From assembly GCA_046563655.1 (NCBI GenBank), contig CM102290.1:13206001-13270000 (forward strand): a stretch of DNA of 64,000 bases, read 5' to 3'. Positions within the stretch are counted from its first letter, which is position 1, and the number at the start of each line of letters is the position of its first letter. This DNA is from Yuukianura sp. NJ FZ-2021 (lineage: Eukaryota). The position numbers and the translations under genes were made by a program. Positions 1-25,705 of the stretch are shown here, one piece after another. The notes below the pieces were generated by a model. The model was not told the origin of the DNA. It saw nothing but the letters and a program-made list of their open reading frames with translations, and made no database searches.

Positions 1-225
1 TAAAGGAGATTATTAAGTTGCCCTTGAGTTGTAAGTTTTTATAAGTATAATAATAAATTAAGCAGAAAGTGATCCAATTCAAGTAAGAACAAAGTATCAC
101 AAGTACAGAGGTCGAAGTTAAATTTAAGAAGAAGTAGTTAAACTGTACGTAATTATAAAATATACACGCAAAAGGAATTAAAAACGTTGCTCCAGAAATT
201 AACAAATTTACGCACATGAGATGTT

Positions 226-897
226 TTAGATGTCATTGGCAACCTGGCTTTTGTCGAGTGGTGTTTGATATGTTTTGGCTGTAGCTGGATCTTGACATGA
301 GTTGGAGTCTCGGTCACATGCAAACATGGGGTCACATGGACACATGAGTAGATAAGCACTTTGTACTTCTACAGTTCGCAAGTTGGGGTACGACAGGCTA
401 AAATTTGACGGTGCCGGCTGACTTGCTCTGCAAGGATCGTCTTTCACACCGAGTCGGTTGCAAGTTGGCACACTGTATCTCTGCATTCCTGTGATGTAAA
501 TTATTCTCAATTATAAATTATAGTTATAAATTATAACTTATTATAACTAATTGGGTTAATCTGTAACAGGTGATTAGCTCGAAAACAATAAGCTCGAATT
601 CATCAAGTTGGCAACAGTGGCACTGAATTTATTGGGGCGTAGGTTGGGGTTTTTAAAATGGCGGTTGCCAACTTGTGGAATTCGCGCTTATTGTATTCGC
701 ACTAACGACGTGCAACAAAATTCATTGCAAATTTCCAACTTACCGATCGTACAGCAATAGTTTTCGGGGCAATCCGAGTTTCTGACGCACTCCGTGTAGC
801 CTTTGAAAATTTCGTGCGTTGGCGTTCCCGCCGGGGACCCAGAAGTCAGGGAAATGGCCAAAGCGAAGACCAAAACCGGACTTAATTTGATCATCAT
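226..897 (-). CDS. Astakine-like secreted cytokine (prokineticin-domain family), 2 exons (744-897, 226-488)
   Basis: Signal peptide MMIKLSPVLVFALAISLTSG. Splicing at G|GTAAG...CAG|GA joins CVRNSDCPENYCCTI to GMQRYSVPTC...PC...MCPC...C...C, giving the 10-Cys prokineticin/astakine pattern without an N-terminal AVIT. Confidence 0.85.
567..712. mobile_element. MITE, family A (TIR CAGGTCATTAG...AAGTTGGCAAC, ~50 bp), in the astakine intron
   Basis: Imperfect ~50-bp terminal inverted repeats. Homologous copies at 25140-25285 and 29223-29391. Confidence 0.8.
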
Positions 898-1494
898 CCT
901 AATTACTTTGCAACGTTAGCTAAAGAGTAACTTGTAGTAACTTGTTTCGTAGTTTTGCTAAACTTCGTGGCGTTTAGGGTAGTTGTTGGTCCTGTGGCGT
1001 TGGACAGTTGTCTAGTACTGGCGTTGGAGACTTTTGACTTCGTTGGACCGAAGCTTGACTTTTATATTTAGATGAAAACTGGGGAATTGGAGGGCAGTGG
1101 TTCATTTGTTCATTGGTTAATTATGTGTTGGTGGGTGAACCTAATGCATAAAAATACTATTCCAGGTAAGGAATTTGAGTAAAAGCTTAGCCAAAGTGCG
1201 GATGACGACAAAGGTAAAGAAGAAGCTTGAGGTTGTCAAGGTTAAAGGAAGGTGGATTGTTGCAGGAAGGAAACAATGGGGATTTAAGTTACAAAACAAC
1301 TTCATTTCATTCAGTTTTTCCCATTTTTTGGTTGAAATATTTTAGACTTTACTCATCAACAGACGTTGACGTCAACTGGATACAAATCATGCAGATCTAT
1401 TCCACTTTTGCACACAAATTCTGCTTAAACAGACGTTTGCATCGGCAACTATCTGTGTAATTATTGTCATAGTCATAGTTATTAGTAAGTTGAT

Positions 1495-1672
1495 TACCGT
1501 AAATTCCCAAGGAATGTCTGTTCGTACCCTTCCCTTAAGGAGTTCTCGAAACAAATAAGGGCTCGAATAGTGCCCCGGGGCACTACATCATTTGGCTAAC
1601 GTTCGTATAGCGTTTTCCTAACGTAAGGCAAAAGAAGTAGTACCCCGGGGCACTATTCGGAAATCTACGGTA
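1495..1672. mobile_element. Tc2/pogo-like MITE, family B (TA-CCGTA...TACGG-TA)
   Basis: Ends are taccgtaaattcc and cactattcggaaatctacggta, with TA flanks and internal ccccgggg repeats. The same right end occurs at 21765 and 42420. Confidence 0.7.
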
Positions 1673-2244
1673 CGTGTAATTACGGTGTACTTAAGATTAA
1701 ATGATCATCAAGGTATCTTCATTAAGTTAATACCGGATTCATCCTATCACAACTTTAAGTTGTTAACCTGCATTTCAATTAATGTAATATCATGAAACAT
1801 TCAACCTTAATTGAAAAATAATTGCACTAAAATCAGTTGTATTGCATACAGCAACAGCAAGAAAAGATTTTTCCCACTGCTCACTGCATTATTAGAAGCA
1901 AATGTTACCAAAATTTATTCAAAATAGTACAAATGACAAAGTTAGAAATAACAGAATGCAAAAAGGAATCACGATTTGGTCTACATCAAGGTTCCATGGT
2001 AACCAGATCTTTTTGAAAGTTTTAGAAAACAATTAAGTAGGAACCTTGGTATAGAACACTGGGAAAGGCACATCTCGGTTTGATCATTTTTTTATGATGT
2101 AAAACGTAAGTACAACGTTTGCATAAATATGGAGGCTATGGTACAATGGCACCTAGTTTTTTAGCATTTTTAGTTAGCCTCATTCAAAATATAAGTATAG
2201 CTTTTTGTTGTTGTTGTTGTTGTTATTATTGCTTGAGAGGTTGA

Positions 2245-4131
2245 TTATTTGCGGAAGCCATACTTGTTGAGCATGTTTGAAATATCCTGTCTCTTTCCGA
2301 CTGTAGCAGTCGCAGCAATGGAGTCCAGGACACTGCTTCTTGTGTAGGGTACTGGAACGCCGGATACGCCAGTAGCTTTGGGCTGAACAGCCTGAAAAGA
2401 GACATAATGATTAAAAAAAATTCATTGAAGTCAAACACAATATAATAAGTAGGGTTTCCTATTACCTTCATCTCAATCTTAGTGGTACGAGTTGGTGGAA
2501 CAACGGTTTGACCAGGACGCATGATCTTTGGAAGAGTCACGACAGTGGTAGCATTGAGTCCCGATGCAGGTCCAGTATCCTTGGCAAAAGTAGAATTCAG
2601 ATTGACTTTTGGCGCAGTCGCAGCAGAGACTGATGTTGCTGCCGAACTTTTTGTGGGTGTCCCACGGCTCAAAGGTCTCATGGCTGGTGGTGGTGGTGCC
2701 GGAACAGCGAATTCTCGTCGAGGACTCGAAAATCCAGAAATACTGGCCCGGGCTCTAACCGGAGAAGGAGCGAACTTCGTACACTTCGGACTTGGCGGAG
2801 GCATCTAATAATATACAAAATAAGTTATAACATTTATATTTAATTGTTACTGAAAGTAAAACAAAGCAAAAAGTTGTCAGCATACCTTGGATGCGGCTTG
2901 TCCATAACCACTGGATCTGATAAATCCACTGCCCATTGTGTTTTTCAATGAGCTATGTCTTTGAAGCCCGGTGCCACCAAATCCTTCTGTGGAGCAACTC
3001 CGACCGAAATCTGCACGAATTGACCTTGGACTGGAACTTGCCATTGGCGGAAGAAACTGACGCGGAGCAGTCAAGCAAGATTGAGTTCGGCGAAGACCAG
3101 TTGGAGCCTTGGGCTCTTCGGATTCCAAAGAGCGAAGGCTCAGACTTGTTGAGCTCGTTCTGTTGAGAGGTCCATCTCCATAAATAATTGGAGAGGGTGG
3201 ACCAGAGCCTGGACAGCTACTGCAATCCTCCTGCCCTTGGAAAGCGGTGACCTTGACTTCTCGCACAGGAGACCACACACGACTACCTTCCGGCCAAGTG
3301 GGCAATGTGTCCTGGGAACGACTTTTCCCGTGATTTTGAGCTGAGCTCATGGTGGCTGCGAATATCTCAAGAACGTCATTCGAAAGCTTGCTGGCTCTCG
3401 ATCTTGCATTGACCATCTCCGGTATGTCTTCCGCTTGCCATCGGAGCAGGTCTGCTTTTTGGGGGCTAGCTTCAGCGAGGACTCTTTCACAGATTGCCTG
3501 GATTTCGAGTGCCTTAGCATGCAGCATTGTCGGAGACAAATAAGGCTTGAACGGTTTTTTCACCTTATTTGTGTTTCCTTCTACCAAGAGTTCAGAACCA
3601 GGAGTTGCGGAAGTACTGGGCTCCTTCTTGGCGTATTTGATAAACAGTTTCTCTGCTTCTTCTTCGAAATTCAAATTAGGGAATTGAGATTGCGTACTGA
3701 TATCCAGAACTTCTATAGAAAATGAAAGGACATGATTAACTTCCCAAGTGATGTGAGATAATTAACTGAACCTTACCTATGTCGGAACAGCTGAGTGCGT
3801 TCCCATTTTCATCATGCACATTTTGCAACGGCTTCGTCTCGGCTGGGTCATTGACCTTTACTGGACTCGTCTTCCCAAGTTCACAAACTGGAAGTCCGGT
3901 AGTAGATGTAGATGAGTTCCTCGTTGGAGTTCCTTTACGGTAAATCCCAAACGTATCGTCATACTCTGCACCTGAATCATAAATATGTCCAAGTTAGAAC
4001 AAATTAAATCACAGAAGGATACATGAAATGAAGTACTTACTTGCAAGCAGAGCCTGCGGAACAGTTACTCGCTGTTCATCGCTCAAATCCAACAGCACTC
4101 CCTCAGTATGACGGGTGTCTCCAGTCTCCAT
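2245..4131 (-). CDS. Uncharacterised Ser/Pro/Thr-rich, probably largely disordered protein, 5 coding exons
   Basis: Frame-consistent GT-AG splicing from METGDTRH... through SAEYDDTF..., EVLDISTQ...NFEEEAEKLF... and MPPPSPK... to AVQPK...NKYGFRK*. Many SP/TP sites; no domain recognised. Confidence 0.75.
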
Positions 4132-7030
4132 TTCAATGAGTATCGGTTTGACCTTTGACACACCACAGAGATCTAGTAAGATGAAGATTGGATTGATTGG
4201 AAGCAGAAACCGGTCGAGAGAATCTAATCAACAACAATTCAAAAAGTACCAACCGAAAAGATTCGTGCCTCACTATTTCTCTGAATTCCGCGATTCCTCT
4301 GAATCCGCCGATCTCAAGGCAAGGATGCGATGCGATGTATCACACAACACATTAAACAAACAAACTGAACAACTGGTACGGTTGCTATGCTATTTATCAA
4401 TTATCCACCGAATATAATCGTTTCGTTTTTTTTTTGCAAAATGGTAACAAAGTTATTTATCACCAATTTTGGCCTGATTGCCCTGACAACATCGCGGTTG
4501 ACATGAAATGGACTTGATTCCATTGTACCGCGTGTTACACCGGATTGCTTTATAATCAAATCTTCGTCATTTAAAGCCGGTGTTATAGTTACAAAAATAC
4601 TTTTTAAATGAATAGAAAGACATATCAAACGTAAATTTTGTCCATATATTTAAAATTTCTCGTAAGTATGATTTTGGATAAAACAAAATTGGTTAAACCT
4701 TAATTTTTCTGCAAAAATCGGGAAGCCACGCTAAAGTTGTAGTGTTTGGCTAAAGAAGCAGAAAGAATTTGACGTTTTTCTAAAAACCAAAATTTTTTTT
4801 TTCTAGTAATTCAAGTCTACTCGGGAAATGATGGTCGGAAAGTGTGAATTTTAGCCGGAGTTTTCCTGGTTGTTTTGTTTTGGAGAAGGAAGCATTGCTC
4901 ATCTTCCTCACTTTGGGAAGGCAACAACCCCTTCAGAATTTGTAAACGAACAGAGAGATGCATGTGCTCTGCCAGTCGGATCTTTCAACCATCTCAGGAC
5001 ACACGGATCTCCACTTCTACGCACAACAGCACCATTATTATTGTCTCCATTTAAGCAAACAGCACTTAACACATATATCCAGTGCACCAGATTTATAGTA
5101 AGTGCCTTCCAGAGGAGTCAACAACAAGGTAAAATCCAAATACAAATTTATATGTTGTGTAGCTCAAATTTAACAGCATAAACATAACCGGCAATTCCGG
5201 AATTCCCCTGAGACAAATACTTAAATTTTGACAGCATTTTACGATATTTACAAATTCTGCACAAATGGAGAAATTGAAACCAAAAACTTCGTTAAGTGAA
5301 CAAAAAAAAAATAGGCAAACGCCAACCTAACCCAAAACCCGTAAATCGTTTGACGCTTTCAAGCAGAAATAAGACACTAGCTTAGCTTTTAATATGAAAC
5401 CAAAAATTTAAACATTTGAAATATATAAAATGTAATTATTCCGATTCTTAAATTTGCTTGATTTTTTTAAACAATTTTTTAAATTTCAAGTTTTCGCACA
5501 ACAATTTTGTGTAGCAAAACATTAAGTGCACTACGCTTAATTCTACTGATTCAGTGGAGAAAGTTAGACACACTACTGGTTTAACTCTGTACAGATCGAT
5601 TTATCGACCGACCTGGAGACATCTAGGCAATGAACTCCGTTTCTCGTATCTTGTTCATCCACAAATCTTAAAAACTATTCACTTACTAACACGGAAATTC
5701 AATCACACTTTTAATTCCTGTTGGTTATAAATCCAGGAAACAGAATTACTTCCTCTCTCAGATTTATCCAGTTTCTACATGATTAACTTTCTAATAAAAA
5801 TGTTTAGGATGAATGAAGCAAATAGACAGTTGGCAGCTTAAGAAGAAAGTAGGAGGGGATTTGTTGCCGGAAATTTGGAATCGAAACAAATAGAAGATTA
5901 ATCTTCATACTTATTACAAAGTTCAGTCGAGCTCAGAAAAACTAGCCAGTGCCATTTTGGTCTAGGACCTCCACATCCTGTGTCTTGAAAAAAAAAACAA
6001 TGAATTGGTAGCTCTGACACAATCACCAAAAAAGACAATTTTGAAAACAATGTTTAACGGAATTAAGATAGTAGCGAATACAAAAACAAAAACAATTTGT
6101 CTGAAATTTCTTGAAATTATGAAAAGTTTAGTTTGAAAAGCAGTGACGACTTTCCTGACATAATTTTCTTTTCCCGAAATTTTGATTTTGTAATAGAATC
6201 CAATGAATTGAATAAAACGTAATGCGCTTTATTCTGCAAAACCGCAATTAACGCAATGCAATTTCCAGTATTCCGCAGTTAGTCAATAATTCAACATTCT
6301 TAGTACGAGATATTACAGTTAAATTTACAATTAAATTTTGCAATTGAAATTGCAGACTTAGAGGCCGTGTTAAAGAAATTGCGGTTTCTGCAAAATTTGA
6401 GTTTTAGCTTTTTGAGGTTATTTATTGCCTTCCGCCTTAACATTTCCTGTACTGGTCTTGAGGGGAAGAGGATTTAGTAGATGAATTCTTGAAAACGGCT
6501 TAAGTAATGACATTACCTTAAGTAAGGAAGTGAAGTTAGAAAAAAAGCGGCAATTGGTGTTAATTAGTTCAAATTAATTTTTATAATTGATTTTTAATTC
6601 TCCAGGTTTGTCTTTAAACAGTTCATTTCATCCGGAAAGACGCTAAGTTCAACCGACCAAGTTATGTATCATAAACAGAAGTTTTTAAGTTGTGTACGAC
6701 TCAAAATAATACAGAACATCAGCAGTACTTGGACGAAAGCGAATCTTCTCACCTGAAAATCACCCCCTCCACAGTTTTTTTCACTTGGAAAGAACTGAAC
6801 CGAATCGGCCCTGAACATCCACGACTGCGACTGCCATGTCAACACTTTCCTTTGGAACAGTCAGACGGACGAATTTGAAAAAACTGAGAGAGACATGAAT
6901 GTGCTCCCGAATTTAAGTTCAATTGATTTAAGGAACGCAGTGTTTCAGTGACAAAGAATTTGACAAATTTTTGGTGGAAGTTGTCCGATGACACGGCTGT
7001 AATTCCCAAAGCATCACGTGAATTAAAAAT

Positions 7031-20645
<13,615 letters not shown>

Positions 20646-21688
20646 TAACTGACCACCACTTCCTCGGGTCAATTAAGTCAAAAAAACCGCGATGCTAATC
20701 AGCAGAAGCCTAAAATTTAATCTTTGGTCTCTCTTTTGACCTCTTCCGCTGAGATCCAATCTTGTTCGAACTTATATATTAGACTCCCCGGCTCTTATCC
20801 TGCCATGACATGTTTCAAATGCCGCAACGCTTTCTGCCGAATTCTCAACGACTGAGATTTTCGGAGCAAAATGCCTTTAAAATGATACAATTTAAGCAAC
20901 GCCTTTTTTGTATAAAATGCAAACATTCCTAACAACTTAATTTCAGAACTGGAGAAGTTAGGCTCTAATAGTAATTGAAAAAGAAATGAAGATGTGATTT
21001 TAGAGCACAATAATTCTTTCATTTCGCAAATGTACACAAGTCTTTAAAAGTTTAAGCTTAAGAGTTAAATTATACTAAACAGTACGACGTTTTAACAAAC
21101 TGCCAATCTCTGTCTGCTTTGGTGAAAACACTCTCATAAGTTACATAATTGTTGACTTTCACCATTTTTCTCCATCATCAGCTCAATAATTTCGCTTTAT
21201 TCTTCAGTTCTTTTTTAAAGTTGAACAGCAATGTCTTCGGCTGATTCTAGTCACGCTCACGCATGATTAACGTTTTTTTAAAATTTAAATCCTCGTCATC
21301 GCTTGAATTTTCTAATTAATGGGATTGTATTAGTGCAAAGTCTTGAAAATCCAATTTTAGACCGCCAAATGATGCTCTATCTAGAAAAATATATTTGGTC
21401 GTTACACTTACAGTTGTTAGTAACTGACATTGTTAGCTGTACTTAAGACTGGTCTGCGAGGATTCACTGTTTTTTACCTATATGCGGAAGTTTGTTTCAT
21501 TTTTAGAATAATTTATAACAAAGAGACACTCACACATCCAAAAAGATTTCGGGTTGAAGTAAACTTGGGCGGTCAGGCTGTACCCACCAGTTTGAAAATT
21601 CGCGCTGCTTTAATTGTACCCATCGGATTTCGAAAATTACATTCGATGTTGACAAAGTTGTCTTTATGAGATGAGTGAGTGTTTCTAG

Positions 21689-21765
21689 TACCGTAAATTT
21701 CCATTGTACATGGTGTACAATTTCTTTGTGGTGTCGGGAGTTGTACTATTTGGAAATCTACGGTA
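21689..21765. mobile_element. Minimal family-B MITE
   Basis: taccgtaaatttcca ... tggaaatctacggta. Confidence 0.6.
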
Positions 21766-22703
21766 AGTTCAGTTACTTTAACTTAAGCTAAATCCTCGTA
21801 TTTTTGCTCATTTAATATTTCATCACGACAGTTGGCTTGTCAATTTCCTGCCACCTCGCAGTTAATTGTGTGCTACGGACCAGACAATTTCAACCAACTA
21901 CAAGTTCATTACTTATTTAAATGACAATGATTTTTAATTAAATCGGTTATTTAAGTTTTAGCCTTGTTCCGGAAAGGTTCCAATGATATTTACTATTGCT
22001 AGTATTATTTTTATCATTATATTGGTAAAAATTATTGTTCAAATTATTATCTCAATAAATGCCAATTTACAATAATAATTCACATCAAAATAAATAAAAT
22101 CCTCTCGTTGTACTCGATACTTCTGTATTGCCGTTTTCATTTCCAATGCTACGGCGTGGTTTTGGAGCTTAACAATCGGTACAGCAGGTATTCAACTGAA
22201 TTGTGCATTACAATTAATTTGAAAATCAATGCTAATTTTTGCTAAAAGCACTTGCTAATTCTAAATTGCTAATATTAGAATTGATTAGTACGTACTTGGC
22301 GTCACGTCGTCATGAGGAGGAGATGTTTACAGCGCAAACTCCTCCCCCCTCCTTCTCCCTCTTTTTTTGTTTTCCCATCATCTGATTCTCTATTGCCGTT
22401 TTCCATTTTACTTTTTACTACTCATTTCATCATCTGGTTGCTGCACAATTCACTGAACTTCGTCAGTCGTTCTATTATTTGTCGCATCAACAGTATCCAT
22501 CATCGTCAGTAGTGACAATTCGTCACCAAATGTAAGTAACGTACGGGTATTAACTCCAGGGATAACCTTAGTCACATGTCTCTTTTGGTTTTACAGAAAT
22601 TACTCGTACTCGCTGAGAGTGAATCATCTCAGGCAAAGGAAACGGTACTGACAGACACGGAACTTAATCTGCGGACATACTTTAGCTAACGACAGGACGG
22701 GAA

Positions 22704-24116
22704 ATGGAGAAAGAAACTGTTAATCTGGATTCACCGTAAGTTCGCCCTAAACTAAAAGTAGTTGTGCTCAATTGATGGGTCAGTCTTGACTCAGTCGTAC
22801 TCACTGTAACTGGTAACGTTATAATACTTGAAAGTTGAAACGTTACTGGTTGTTTTTGTATGCAGAGACAAGCGCAGCCCACGAACAAATGTCGTGGATT
22901 TGGATGAGGACCTCGGTTCTGGAGCAAAACCTGAAAATCTGGATAAATCTGCTGAAGTTGGATCCGCTGGTGGTGATGACAACGTTGACCCTCCAAGTGC
23001 TTCTGGAGGTGAACACGTTCCACCAGAAAGTTGGGGAAGTTGGTTCACCAAATCATTTGAATCAGCCAAGGTCAAATCGACGGAGGTGTTACAATACTTG
23101 AAACAAGATATTTCGGAGTTTGGAGAGTCCATCCAAGAGCTAGGTAAGTTTGACAATTCGTGTTTATTCTTACGCATCAAAGTTCATTCCAACAGTATAA
23201 CAATTACACAATGTAGGTTACGAAGTTGGAAGGGACATCAAGGACAAGCTCAACCTGGAAGATAATGCCAAAGCCGCTGTAGAAACGGTTGAAGAAACTG
23301 TGAATACGATTTTGGAACAAGTGTCGTCCATCTTCGGAGTTGAACCGGATGACGATGACGATACATCGCTTTTGGTTTCCAGGGATGGGCTCGTTATTAT
23401 CAGTCGAGTTGAGGTATAACAGCGCCAAAACTATAACTTCTATATCTGTTTAACTTAGATTTATATAATTAATCCAAGATTTGTTGTTTCTTTGTAGGCA
23501 CGTATTCATGCTCTCGCCACGAATGAGGATATTTTCCTGCATGATCCTGCTGATATCGAATCCTACGAAGCTTGGATGGCAGTTTTTGATCTGGAGTCAA
23601 AGACTGAAGAAATGTCTAAATGGTTGGCAAACAATCCGCATCTCCAACTCCATTACTCTCAGCTGGTTCCGGACAAGGTCTCTCACTTAGTATTTTGGCA
23701 TCGTTTCTACTTTCAAGTTTACTTGGTTACGTTGGAGGAAGAGACCATTGCTGTTCAAGAAGAGTTGGAGGAAAAGCGTGCAAAACGTCGTCAAGCAGTT
23801 GAGCGTAGTTCAGAGAGTCCAACTGACAGCCAAGAAAGTACGCCATAGTTCTTATTTTTATTGGATACATTCTTATATTGGTCAATTTTGATTTGATACT
23901 TTCCTGTCTTGCTTTTCAGGTGGAACTGACATTGTCCATATTTCAGAGGAGGATCAGAAACGGCTCCTGACAGAATACGAAGAAGAGATGAAACGTGTTG
24001 GACCAACCTCGGCCCACCACTCCCGCCGTTCCAGTGAGCAAATGTCTTCCTCTTCTTCGGGTAGCTTCGCTTTTGTTACACACGATGCTGTAACGAACGA
24101 GGCTAAATTGGAGTAG
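22704..24116 (+). CDS. BSDC1: BSD domain-containing protein 1, 5 coding exons
   Basis: Contains WGSWFTKSFESAKVKSTEVLQYLKQDISEF and the BSD core HYSQLVPDKVSHLVFWHRFYF, followed by SEEDQKRLLTEYE. Splicing is frame-consistent to TAG at 24114-24116. Confidence 0.85.
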
Positions 24117-24907
24117 CAAATCAAAAATCCCGCATTCAATTCAACTAAAACTTAATTCGAAAACAAAAGTACGCGAAAAATCTAAACAGTGGACCATCGT
24201 ATTAGGTACCACATCATAATCTTATTGTACGAATATCTGCTAGTAAGAATCATAATTTTGAAGTCAGTCTCTGCTTTTTTTTCACATGCCGCATTTATAC
24301 CTATTTGCTGTTAGGTTTTTCAGTGACTGCTTAAAAAAAAGAGAGATCTTCATGTAATAGCTAGGAAGCGAAAAAATCGGAGCAGTTCAATTCAAGAAAA
24401 AAAGAGTAGGAAAGATCTTTCGCTGTTTTAAAATGTTGATTCTTACTACACGTTAAACCTTACAAGTACATTATATAAAAATGGATCTTCACGAAGCCTG
24501 AACCTTTACCAATTGTGCTTCTTTAGAGCCAAATTATTCAATCAATCAGTTTTAAGATCAGGTAAATTCAGGCCACTCAGAAGCTAACACTAGGCTTTGC
24601 GCATGCCCATGACAGAGCCACTTTTCCCCCAGCATCAGCATCATCTGCAAATGACTTTTAAGTTTCAAGCGTGCCTTCATGCTAATTTTACATTTAACAG
24701 CGTCAATTAAACAAATCAGAGTCAATTGACTATCTTTGTTAGTTACACATTGTAGGAATGAACACTCCAAACAGCTTTTCTTCAACGTTTTCGCGCATTT
24801 TTTTTTCGTTTCCTAACAACTTGATTACAGGTAGGTATAGGTACGTATTTATAGTGTTTGATAATTAATCGTCTGTCTAAGGGAGAGTTATTAAAGTTGA
24901 AGCTTTT

Positions 24908-24960
24908 ATGTATTTACGTATTTACGTTATTTACGTATTTACGTATTTACTTGTTTACGT
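24908..24960. repeat. Short tandem repeat (TATTTACG)n
   Basis: About 6 imperfect copies are directly visible. Confidence 0.8.
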
Positions 24961-25139
24961 GAGGTGAAATAAGAGTAAAACGGTTCTGGTTGTTTTGTTG
25001 CCTCGAAGCCAATTTGAAATGATTTGTTGCTAAGTGGCTCACTTGCCATTTCCACGAAGCGACTTATGGGAATTTGAAAGTGTAGTTTGATTGAATCTAT
25101 GCTGGTAATTATGGTTGTAAAGAAATGATTTCTCCGTAG

Positions 25140-25285
25140 CAGGTCATTAGCACGAAAACAATAAGCGCGAATTCATCAAGTTGGCAACAGTGGAACTGAA
25201 CCTTATTCGGGTGTAGATTAGGGTTTCATTGGTATTGTAGATTCAGTGTTGCCAAATTGTGGAATTCGCTTTTATTGTTTTCGAC
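25140..25285. mobile_element. MITE, family A copy (right TIR eroded)
   Basis: caggtcattagcacgaaaacaataagcgcgaattcatcaagttggcaac ... gttgccaaattgtggaattcgc. Confidence 0.75.
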
Positions 25286-25705
25286 TTAAAATACTGGAAC
25301 TGATTTTTCTGTTCGCAACGATTGAAGTTATTATGTTGGGATAATAATAATAATATTGATATAATAATAGTAAAAGGAGGGAATGGACGGAAGGACAAGT
25401 AGGGCAAGGAAGTAAGAAGCTTCGATGCTACTTTCAGAATTTTGTAAAACTTCTTCGAGGCGTTGCTTCGGATGAGTTCCTTCCGCCTGCTTTGCAAATT
25501 ACAATTGCAACAATCGGCCTGATACTGCTGAGACGTTTAGCATCCCCTTCAGTCTCCTCTTGCAACTGAAAACGGCAGCATCTCATGTTCGTTGTGTATT
25601 CGCAGTATTTTGTTCCAAGTTCAAAATAGCGTTTGGCGGCGGTTTTTGTCCAGAAGTGTCAGAAATGTTCGGGTGTTGTGCCGATACTTGTTGCCTATTT
25701 ACAGA

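Noticed and set aside
4870..5181. 103-aa ORF as the first MMP coding exon
   Set aside because: It starts at TTG with no signal peptide. Exon 7031-7198 fits better; this region may be non-coding 5' sequence.
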